In this document: positions 1 to 7,008 of the stretch, one piece after another
Layout: each line of letters begins with the position of its first letter
Numbering within the stretch: position 1 is the stretch's first letter
NCBI GenBank assembly: GCA_027452085.1
Contig: DAIDHG010000018.1
Span: 1 to 17,784, forward strand
DNA: 17,784 nt
Direction: 5' to 3'
DNA from: a bacterium
GTDB lineage: Bacteria; Babelota; Babeliae; Babelales; JABCYS01
Notes under the pieces: generated by a model
Seen by the model: only the letters and a program-made list of their open reading frames with translations
Told to the model about the DNA's origin: nothing
Databases searched by the model: none
Made by a program: the position numbers and the translations under genes

Positions 1-81
1 ATCAGACCCCTTTTCAGTACTATGAAGCCGCCAAAAAGAAAGAGGTCCTTTTTTCTCATATGTCTTGAGTCAGCACACCCA

Positions 82-110
82 TTAACTAGTTTTTGCGCGA
101 CTGCTATACT
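82..110 (+). promoter_or_regulatory. Putative sigma70 promoter for dnaN-recF
   Basis: TTAACT (82-87), 17-nt spacer, extended -10 TGcTATACT (102-110); lies 40 nt upstream of ATG 151. Confidence 0.55.
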
Positions 111-150
111 GTGGGCTCATGAGCAACTCAATAATCGTGCGAGACGTTAT

Positions 151-1278
151 ATGATGAAAAAATTTGTCGTTGATCAAAAATCGTTTCTATCAATTTTGTC
201 TTCCCTACAACCAATATGCAGCCGACGCACCACGCTGGATGCGACTGCATGCATTCTGTTTCAAGCGGGTAATCGTGAACTCATTTTAAAGAGCACGGAT
301 ATGGAGATCAGCCTACAGATAGGCTGCCCTATGAAATCAAGCGAGCTTGGTGAACCAGAAAGCTTCATGGTTTCTGGCCGCCGCATCTTTGATGTGGTTA
401 AGGAGTTGGATGGTGATATTCAGCTCACCTTTGATGATCAAAGCTTGGCGCTTAAATCAGGTTCGGTAAACTTGGTGTTGCATATTAAACCGGCACAAGA
501 GTTTCCGCCATTTCCCGAGCGCATTGAGAATCTTATGCAGTTAGATGCTAAGTTTGTGGCCGATATGCTTGATAAGGTGGCATTCTTAATCCCGCAAAAT
601 AATGCTAATCCAGCACTTAATGGTTTGCTTTTGGAAGTGAACAACCAAGAGCTTAAAATGACCACAACCGATGGTCATTGTTTGGCGCAAATCCGTTCAC
701 CGAAATATGTGCTTGGCGAATCTCGCACTTGGCTTTTGCCACGTCGGTCAGTCTTTGAGCTCAAGAAAATTTTAGAAACTACCCAGGAAACTTCGTTATT
801 CCTTGGTATTTGCAATTCACAGCTCGTATTTTCTGGCAGCAGCTTCAACTTCTTCACCCGCGTGCTTTCTGATCAATTCCCGAACTACGCGCCGATTTTA
901 GATAAGAAGGGCTTTGTGCCTGCCTCGCTTGATCGCGGTGAGTTTGTAAAAACATTGCGTCGCTCAACGAGCTTATTATCGGGCCAGTTTATTGCAACGA
1001 AATTTGAATTTGCGCGCGATGCAGTGCAGGTCTCTTTGCAAAATAAAGAGGTTGGTAAACTGGAAGAAGCGCTCAAGCTTGAAGGCTTTGAGGGCGACCA
1101 GATGGAAATCAGATTCTACGCGCCATACCTTTTAAATGGTCTGCAAGCGTTTAAGGAAGAAAAGAGTAAGTTCTACTTAAAGAATGCCGCGCGGCCAATT
1201 ATTTTTGAATCGCAAGAGCAGGAAATGCAGGTTACCTACCTCGTTATGCCGGTATCTCCTACGGCAACTGCTGGGTGA
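151..1278 (+). CDS. dnaN: DNA polymerase III beta sliding clamp
   Basis: About 375 aa from ATG 151 (or 154). Clamp motifs: STDMEISL, EFPPFP, NPALNGLLL, MTTTDGHCLA, DQFPNY, YLLNGL, YLVMPV. Followed by recF. The ORF-track start at 22 is probably an over-extension because the promoter lies within it. Confidence 0.97.
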   Translation: MMKKFVVDQKSFLSILSSLQPICSRRTTLDATACILFQAGNRELILKSTDMEISLQIGCPMKSSELGEPESFMVSGRRIFDVVKELDGDIQLTFDDQSLALKSGSVNLVLHIKPAQEFPPFPERIENLMQLDAKFVADMLDKVAFLIPQNNANPALNGLLLEVNNQELKMTTTDGHCLAQIRSPKYVLGESRTWLLPRRSVFELKKILETTQETSLFLGICNSQLVFSGSSFNFFTRVLSDQFPNYAPILDKKGFVPASLDRGEFVKTLRRSTSLLSGQFIATKFEFARDAVQVSLQNKEVGKLEEALKLEGFEGDQMEIRFYAPYLLNGLQAFKEEKSKFYLKNAARPIIFESQEQEMQVTYLVMPVSPTATAG

Positions 1279-2351
1279 TTGAATTAATGTTCATCAAGCA
1301 ATTGCACCTCCAAAACTTTCGATGCTTTCAAAACTACGGCGTCTCTTTCCAAGAGGCGCCCGTTGTTTTAATTGAGGGGCCCAATGGCTCGGGCAAAAGC
1401 TCCATTTTGGAAGCACTTCATTATTTGTGCTATCTCAGATCATTTCGCACGCCAACGCCAAAAGATCTTTTGCAGCATAATGCGGCACATTTTTTTATTA
1501 AGGTGGAATTGAGTAACGCCGATAATAGTGATACTGATTTGACCTCCGCAGAGCAAACCCAATTGCAGGTAGGTTTTGCCGGCAAGCGCCGGATCGTGAA
1601 GGTCGATCAACGGCCAGTTGATTCCTACCAAGATCTTATGAATGTGTATCGGGTTATTACCTTTACCGAGGATGACCTTTTTATTGTTAAAGGTGGGCCT
1701 GAGGTTCGGCGGGCTTTTATTGATCAGGCAATTGTGCTTATCGATCCGCCATTTGTACAAGAGTTGAGGAAGTTTAAATCGATTTTAGAGCAGCGAAATG
1801 CATTGTTAGCCCGCCCCTCAGTTCCGGCCGAATCATATAATTTATGGACAGAGCAGCTGAGCCAGCAATCGGCCATCGTAACCAATCGTCGCCGGGAGCT
1901 CTTGGCTGAACTGCAGGAAGGGGTGAATGAGTTATTACTCCAGGGTGGCTGGACGCTCCAGATTGAGCTGCGCTATGAGCAAAAGGCACAAACCGCAGAT
2001 ATGGAGCAGGAAATTCGCTGGCAACGCTCGTTGTTTGGCGCTCATCTGGATGATATCGCCTTGGATTTTCGCGAACGAAAATCCAAGGCGTATGCCTCTC
2101 GCGGTCAGCAGAAGCTGATTACCACCGTATTAAAGCTGGCGCTTTCAAAAGTGCTGCATAAGCACCATCAATCGGTGCAGCCAATCTTTTTAATGGATGA
2201 TTTTTTAACCGATTTTGATCATTATACGGTCGAGCGGCTGTTGCCATTATTGGTCTCTCACAATCGGCAGCTTATTATAACCTGCCCAACAACCCAGGAG
2301 GGGTTGGATAGCCGCTTGGCAGGATACTCGGTGCAGAAGATTACGCTGTAA
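1275..2351 (+). CDS. recF: DNA replication/repair protein RecF
   Basis: LQNFRCF, Walker A GPNGSGKS, LRSFRT, GGPEVRRAFID, GAHLDD, signature ASRGQQK, Walker B FLMDD. GTGA overlap with the dnaN stop; alternative start ATG 1287. Confidence 0.96.
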   Translation: MIELMFIKQLHLQNFRCFQNYGVSFQEAPVVLIEGPNGSGKSSILEALHYLCYLRSFRTPTPKDLLQHNAAHFFIKVELSNADNSDTDLTSAEQTQLQVGFAGKRRIVKVDQRPVDSYQDLMNVYRVITFTEDDLFIVKGGPEVRRAFIDQAIVLIDPPFVQELRKFKSILEQRNALLARPSVPAESYNLWTEQLSQQSAIVTNRRRELLAELQEGVNELLLQGGWTLQIELRYEQKAQTADMEQEIRWQRSLFGAHLDDIALDFRERKSKAYASRGQQKLITTVLKLALSKVLHKHHQSVQPIFLMDDFLTDFDHYTVERLLPLLVSHNRQLIITCPTTQEGLDSRLAGYSVQKITL

Positions 2352-2457
2352 TGTGACTCGTTGTAACAATAATGGCTAATATGACCACCCGACATTTACA
2401 TATGAAGTTAAAAGAGGGTTTTTTGCCTTTGTAACGCTATAAAAGTGCTAAAAAGCT

Positions 2458-2485
2458 TTGACTTTTTAAAATTTTGATTCATACT
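2458..2485 (+). promoter_or_regulatory. Putative sigma70 promoter of the candidate sRNA
   Basis: TTGACT (2458-2463), 16-nt spacer, CATACT (2480-2485), with an A-rich upstream tract. Predicted start near 2492-2493 coincides with the base of a hairpin. Confidence 0.55.
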
Positions 2486-2492
2486 TCACCTC

Positions 2493-2610
2493 GCTTTCAC
2501 CAAAAGTGGTTTAAACAGCGGTGAAAGCAGCTAAAAGATTTAACTAGGCTTCATTACTACTCTCCTTTTTTCCACCGCATTGAACTTGTTTCAGTGCGGT
2601 GGATTTTTTT
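2493..2610 (+). ncRNA. Candidate small regulatory RNA (about 118 nt), family unrecognised
   Basis: Promoter upstream; 9-bp 5' stem GCTTTCACC (2493-2501) / GGTGAAAGC (2520-2528); unpaired CU-rich segment TTCATTACTACTCTCCTTTTT; intrinsic terminator at the 3' end; no sizeable ORF. Confidence 0.5.
2571..2610 (+). terminator. Rho-independent terminator
   Basis: 14-bp stem TCCACCGCATTGAA / TTCAGTGCGGTGGA (one G-U pair), 5-nt loop, followed by T7. Confidence 0.9.
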
Positions 2611-2726
2611 GTCTGATTTTTGATTTCTCTACCCAGCAAACTATTTACGAATTTTTTAGACCTCTGCTTGATTTGTGCTATTATCCCCGCGTACGATAAA
2701 TAAGGTCATATCTGAAAAGGGATGAA

Positions 2727-3992
2727 ATGAATTTTCGAACAACATTTCTTACACTCATGCTATGCGCACCTGCACATGCAATCGAATATGTTTACCCTGT
2801 AGCTGCGGTACATCATGACGGCGCAATCAAAATCTATGTTAATTATCAAAACTCAAATGAAAATGGCAGTGAGCTGCTGTTGTGGGAATGGGATCCGGTT
2901 ACCAAGGTTGCATCGCCGGCAGTGATTCCGGCATATACGCCAACTGATGTAAAGATAATGTCTTCAGGCATATCATTTATAGATAAGGGTAAGATCTTTG
3001 TTAAATCATTTAATAAAAGATCTCCCAAATCAATACAATTTTACGAACCGGTCGATGATATTGTTTCAATTTCCTGGAATAATCAGGATTCATTTTATTT
3101 TATGGGCAAATTGGGAACTACCTATGGCATTTTCCATGGCACATCTCGTGGCGCATTGTATCCCATAGCTCATAATGAGATAAGCGATTATTTATATCCG
3201 CAGCGCATGGGCGACCAGCTTTTTAGCATCAAACGAACTCATGAACGGTATACGCTGGTCTGTTGCCAATACCCACAGATATTGATGCCATCAGAAAGCC
3301 GCAGTTATCAAGAGCAGGTTGATGAATTGCTGCAGCAAACAGATGCTGAGATGGTGCCATTAGTACCAAGCGAGCAGATGCAGGAGCTCCTTGAGTTGCC
3401 AGCGCATGCAGCCTTTTTGACTATGCTAGAAAATGAAGGCTTTGTGATTAGCCATCCCATTGAGATTGAAAATGATCAAACGCTTGTCTCTTTTGGCTAC
3501 TGGCATCTGTATCGAACACACGAGGGCACCTGGGAGAAAGAGCAGCTTTTTGATTTTACCTTGCCAAAATCATTAATCGTAAGATCACAAACTCCCGAGG
3601 GAAATGGGAAAGAAAAGGGCAATGATCTGTATGAATCATTAGCGCCGCTGCTGCCACGCTATGTCAAAGATACGGTCTATTTTGTTGATGCAAGCCAGTC
3701 TCGTGATGGCAGTGAACCGGTTGCCACCATTTATCATTATGATTTAAAAACTAAGCGAAGATATCCGATCGCAGCACGACCAGTTTCAACTGAAACGTTG
3801 AGCTTTGCGCCACTGCGCGTAAATGAATTTTTATTTTATGGCGGGCGCATTCGCTCAGAAGATTTAGGCACAGGAAATTCAAAACCAGCAGCTTGGATTA
3901 ATAAGGAAGGGCTGTTGTGCCTTGATCTGCCAGTGGTGGTTGATACCACCCTGGGGGAAGAAACCGTGCAAAAATTATTAGCACACGTATAA
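2727..3992 (+). CDS. Secreted hypothetical protein, beta-strand-rich (possibly beta-propeller)
   Basis: 421-aa ORF; RBS-like AAAAGGGA before the ATG; signal peptide MNFRTTFLTLMLCAPAHA with an AHA cleavage site; many short aromatic beta-strand-like segments. The fold call is inference. Confidence 0.8.
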   Translation: MNFRTTFLTLMLCAPAHAIEYVYPVAAVHHDGAIKIYVNYQNSNENGSELLLWEWDPVTKVASPAVIPAYTPTDVKIMSSGISFIDKGKIFVKSFNKRSPKSIQFYEPVDDIVSISWNNQDSFYFMGKLGTTYGIFHGTSRGALYPIAHNEISDYLYPQRMGDQLFSIKRTHERYTLVCCQYPQILMPSESRSYQEQVDELLQQTDAEMVPLVPSEQMQELLELPAHAAFLTMLENEGFVISHPIEIENDQTLVSFGYWHLYRTHEGTWEKEQLFDFTLPKSLIVRSQTPEGNGKEKGNDLYESLAPLLPRYVKDTVYFVDASQSRDGSEPVATIYHYDLKTKRRYPIAARPVSTETLSFAPLRVNEFLFYGGRIRSEDLGTGNSKPAAWINKEGLLCLDLPVVVDTTLGEETVQKLLAHV

Positions 3993-4016
3993 CAATCATT
4001 TATAAGAGGAGCAGTA

Positions 4017-4061
4017 ATGAACATCTTTATGATGAAGCAGGAATTGTTTTCAGAAAAATAA
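4017..4061 (+). other. 14-codon upstream ORF with strong RBS (MNIFMMKQELFSEK), possibly the true but frameshifted 5' end of the LRR gene
   Basis: AAGAGGAG at 4004-4011, ATG at 4017, TAA at 4059-4061. The LRR reading frame (-1 relative) is open across this whole segment, from 3944. Confidence 0.5.
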
Positions 4062-4078
4062 ATAACGAACGCGATCGC

Positions 4079-5566
4079 TTGAGAGGCATCCCAGGGATAT
4101 CATTCCAGGATTATTATAAAAAAAATAAGGCTGATGTTGATGCGCAGGTTGCGACAGGGGTGTTGAATTTAAATAACAAAAATCTAATTGATATGACTGA
4201 TTTTGTATCATCCTTTTCAGGCAATTTAGGGATGCTTGTCTTGCTTGACCTGAGCGATAATAAATTGAGATCGGTTCCTGATGACATTTTTAATTTGCCA
4301 GCCCTACAGGAGCTTTATCTTAATGATAACTATATTGCTCATATTCCCGAGAGCATCGGCAATCTAGGGGCAACCTTAGTAAGACTTCATCTACACGATA
4401 ATAAACTGTCTACCTTGCCAAAGAGCCTGGCAAATCTTGGTCTTCTGCAGCATTTATGCATTGATAATAATCAGTTCACCACCGTACCCGATGTCATTCA
4501 GCACCTGCGGGCACTTCAAGAATTAGATGCAGATGATAACAAGATAACGATGGTGCCGGATTGGATTGGTAATTTGGTTAATCTTCTAGAGTTGGATCTG
4601 AGCAATAATAGAATATCACAATTGCCGCAGAGCATGCATAATCTGCGCAATCTGCAACAACTTTATTTGGACAAAAACAAACTCGTTGAACTGCCTGAAT
4701 GGATTGGTGATCTTGTAGCTCTGGAAGAGCTTGATCTGAATGATAATCAGATTTCTCAATTACCGCAGAGCATAAGCAACTTAATTCATCTGCGTGATCT
4801 ATTTCTTTCCGGTAACACTCTTGTAACTTTGCCTCATGTTCTCAATAAATTGCAGGCACTAGAAAAGCTTGGCTTACGCAACAATCCGTTGACGGTAACC
4901 GATGCTCAATTGCGCAAGCAGTTAGAATTGCCAGAGCGCGTTAATGTCTTGTATAAAACCGAGGAGCAAGAGAAGGTTGAGAAAGAGTTAATCGATGCCA
5001 TTAAAAATGGTGATGAAGCAGCCGTGCGCAAAGTGTTTGCGGCGATAATGGCCGGCCGAATACTCATCGGGCCAGAGAATGATGAGAAAATAGATATCTC
5101 AAAAATCCGCGACGCCAAAGGCAACAATCTGTTGCAGATCGTGCTGCAATCGCTCGTTGATACAATCGCCACTATCAGCAAAAAGAAAACGGGATCGAAA
5201 AAAGATATTGCCGAAGCAATATACAATGCTGAAGTTTTGTATACCAAAATCTATATGACAATCACCCAATTTGGTGGCCCTAAGGTGCAGGATATGATGC
5301 TCACTCGTAACAAGGCTGGGCAAGATCTGGTGCAAGCTGCAGTGGGTAGACTTTCTCCCAATAGCTTTTTTGTGCAAACCATACGCGAATATCGATTTAC
5401 GCCAAAGCCGGAAGGGCAACCAGCCGAACGCTTTAGAATTATGAGGCGCCATATTCAAGAGCATAAAGAGTCTGAGGCCGTGGAAAAGGAGCAGAAAGAG
5501 CAAAGACAACGGGCAATCCATTTCGACAACATAATTACCCTTATCAGACCTAGGCAATATCCTTAA
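4079..5566 (+). CDS. Leucine-rich repeat protein with a C-terminal helical, degenerate ankyrin-like region; candidate host-interaction effector
   Basis: About 10 repeats of 23 aa, LxxLxLxxNxLxxLPxxIxxLxx. C-terminal segments LIDAIKNGDEAAVRKV, DAKGNNLLQIVL and NKAGQDLVQAAV resemble ankyrin repeats. Start uncertain: TTG 4079 has no RBS. Confidence 0.92.
   Translation: MRGIPGISFQDYYKKNKADVDAQVATGVLNLNNKNLIDMTDFVSSFSGNLGMLVLLDLSDNKLRSVPDDIFNLPALQELYLNDNYIAHIPESIGNLGATLVRLHLHDNKLSTLPKSLANLGLLQHLCIDNNQFTTVPDVIQHLRALQELDADDNKITMVPDWIGNLVNLLELDLSNNRISQLPQSMHNLRNLQQLYLDKNKLVELPEWIGDLVALEELDLNDNQISQLPQSISNLIHLRDLFLSGNTLVTLPHVLNKLQALEKLGLRNNPLTVTDAQLRKQLELPERVNVLYKTEEQEKVEKELIDAIKNGDEAAVRKVFAAIMAGRILIGPENDEKIDISKIRDAKGNNLLQIVLQSLVDTIATISKKKTGSKKDIAEAIYNAEVLYTKIYMTITQFGGPKVQDMMLTRNKAGQDLVQAAVGRLSPNSFFVQTIREYRFTPKPEGQPAERFRIMRRHIQEHKESEAVEKEQKEQRQRAIHFDNIITLIRPRQYP
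4235..4891 (+). repeat. LRR-coding tandem repeats (69-nt unit)
   Basis: Protein-level 23-aa periodicity. A 138-nt two-repeat duplication is visible in the DNA (TGGATTGGT at 4562 and 4700; CCGCAGAGCAT in both copies). Confidence 0.9.
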
Positions 5567-5601
5567 TGAGGGGCAACGCGCAGCGAGCGTTGCCCCTCAT
5601 T
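5565..5601. terminator. Hairpin between convergent genes, probable bidirectional terminator
   Basis: Perfect 15-bp inverted repeat AATGAGGGGCAACGC / GCGTTGCCCCTCATT with a 7-nt loop, overlapping the LRR gene stop; U-tails are short. Confidence 0.75.
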
Positions 5602-5637
5602 TGTAATCCGTTATCAAGGGTTTTTGTTACGCATGCT

Positions 5638-6417
5638 TTAGGCAATGCGCACAATGTTTAATGACCCGGCAAATGGGCTTGTTGCGCCAGACTCTAGTGT
5701 CAGCTCATAGGTCGGGTGATTTGAAGCAGCTGCGCGCAATGATATCACATCGCCTGCGGCAGCTTGATATAAGATTGAGCCTGCCCATGGTAAGCCTACC
5801 AGGCTAAAGTATAGCTCTGTGCCCGGTGCTAACGGTGGCACGGCAGAAATTGCGGCAATACCACCTACAAATGATTGAGGAACGGCAACATCATTTGCAT
5901 AAAGGGCAATTTGTGCGGGTAACTCAGTCGTATCATTTGTGTTACCTTCTACATACACATTCACTACCCATGAGATCTCGTACACGCCTGCATCGGTCAA
6001 GGTGAAATCTTGAAAATTAGATGTGGTAACCCCTACTGGCGATACCGCAGTTCGTGGGAAAATTATTTTTGTATTTGCTGGAATGGTAAACGGGTTATCA
6101 TTTTGACCTGCACCGAGTTCAAAATAAAATGATGCAAAGGCCAATGCCCCGCCAAGACACGGCACACCGGGGGTGCCCGCCGTGCAGCCGCTCACTGCCA
6201 CATTATTTACCGTTAAGGTGCCACCTACACTCAGATTGTTGGTCACCGTTTCATTGGCGGTTGTTATGGAGCCGGCGGTGAGGCTGCCCTTCACCGTGGC
6301 ATTATTGCATACGGTTAGATTGTTGGTGGAGACTGAATCGAATTTCTTTTTCTTGGCTGCTATGGGCAGCGGAATGGTAAGTGCTACAGCAAATAATAGC
6401 GACACTCTTTTTATCAT
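5638..6417 (-). CDS. Secreted protein with a short beta-repeat shaft and a BclA C-terminal/C1q-like head domain
   Basis: RBS AAAAAGGAG; signal peptide MIKRVSLLFAVALTIPLPIAA; repeats NNLTVCNNATVKGSLT / NNLSVGGTLTVNN; C1q/BclA_C-like motifs AFASFY, FTLTDAGVYEISW, AGDVISLRA and terminal SLNIVRIA. Confidence 0.8.
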   Translation of the reverse strand: MIKRVSLLFAVALTIPLPIAAKKKKFDSVSTNNLTVCNNATVKGSLTAGSITTANETVTNNLSVGGTLTVNNVAVSGCTAGTPGVPCLGGALAFASFYFELGAGQNDNPFTIPANTKIIFPRTAVSPVGVTTSNFQDFTLTDAGVYEISWVVNVYVEGNTNDTTELPAQIALYANDVAVPQSFVGGIAAISAVPPLAPGTELYFSLVGLPWAGSILYQAAAGDVISLRAAASNHPTYELTLESGATSPFAGSLNIVRIA

Positions 6418-6455
6418 GAACTGCTCCTTTTTGAAAATAATGAATCAACACTGGG

Positions 6456-6485
6456 ATACTATCACGCAGCTTCTTTCTAAGTCAA
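6456..6485 (-). promoter_or_regulatory. Putative sigma70 promoter for the BclA/C1q-like gene
   Basis: Minus strand: TTGACT, 18-nt spacer, extended -10 TGaTAGTAT, about 40 nt upstream of ATG 6417. Confidence 0.55.
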
Positions 6486-6604
6486 TCGTAGCTTGTTTAT
6501 GGCATCAACTATTGCTGACAGCTCACGCAAGGCTTGCTCTAAAATGTCTGCCCCCACATTTTGGATACCGAATTTTTTAATGCGTTCATAATGCTACAAC
6601 TGTT

Positions 6605-6898
6605 TTACCTCTGGGCTTGGCTATTATTTTTTTGGGTGCAGGTCATGGCGACGAGAATGATGGTGGCCAATACAATCCCAAATGATAGGATGACGCAGCC
6701 CATAGTTTTAAATGATCGCCAGCTGCTTTGCTGGCGGCGTCGCTGCTTACAGCATTCCTTTTTTACCCTTTTCTGCGCTCTGATCTCTTTCCTGCTTAAT
6801 CTGCCAGGCTCAACCAGCACCGATGGCTGGCTGATTGGTGGTGTGGGATGGATAGGTATGCAACCTGTCATGCATAGAGCAAGAAGCAATCTTTTCAC
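6605..6898 (-). CDS. Small putative lipoprotein/membrane protein
   Basis: From GTG 6898: MKRLLLALCMTGC (lipobox-like), Pro-rich linker, basic stretch and C-terminal TM helix GCVILSFGIVLATIILVAM. ATG 6925 is an alternative start. Confidence 0.6.
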   Translation of the reverse strand: MKRLLLALCMTGCIPIHPTPPISQPSVLVEPGRLSRKEIRAQKRVKKECCKQRRRQQSSWRSFKTMGCVILSFGIVLATIILVAMTCTQKNNSQAQR

Positions 6899-7008
6899 AT
6901 GCTCATGTCTGCCTATTTGTAACATTTGATTACCATTGTGTCGCCCTCTTGAGCTCGTTGAGTCATCAGATACTATATATCGACTTTATAAAAATAAGGA
7001 CCCTGCGT

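Noticed and set aside
22..150. N-terminal extension of dnaN in the ORF track
   Set aside because: Not clamp-like and contains the likely promoter. Similar over-extensions were rejected at 6949, 11217 and 15232 in favour of RBS- or signal-peptide-supported starts.
2511..2537. CAGCGGTGAAAGCAGCTAA resembles SRP RNA helix 8 (CAGG...GNRA...AGCAG)
   Set aside because: It has CAGC rather than CAGG, no 3-bp stem around the tetraloop and no long enclosing hairpin; the segment pairs better with 2493-2501.
2540..2570. Minus-strand perfect RBS and ATG (AAGGAGAGTAGTA-ATG AAG CCT AGT TAA), possible type I toxin
   Set aside because: Only 4 codons (MKPS) and no hydrophobic peptide; promoter and terminator polarity favour a plus-strand RNA.
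2352..2726. oriC or dif site near dnaN-recF
   Set aside because: No perfect TTWTNCACA boxes (only mismatched TTTTCCACC inside the terminator and TTATCCCCG) and no XerD arm TTATGTTAAAT.
4906..5557. Minus-strand ORFs (113 and 152 aa) and other short ORFs nested in long genes, e.g. 13015..13500, 7315..7709, 14425..14841
   Set aside because: They overlap well-supported CDSs, wholly or almost wholly, and have no recognisable motifs.
6541..6562. Inverted repeat AAAATGT / ACATTTT as a terminator
   Set aside because: AT-rich 7-bp stem with an 8-nt loop; too weak to call.
6561..6929. 122-aa plus-strand ORF
   Set aside because: Antisense shadow of the minus-strand lipoprotein-like gene; TTG start with no clear RBS. 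Not fully excluded.
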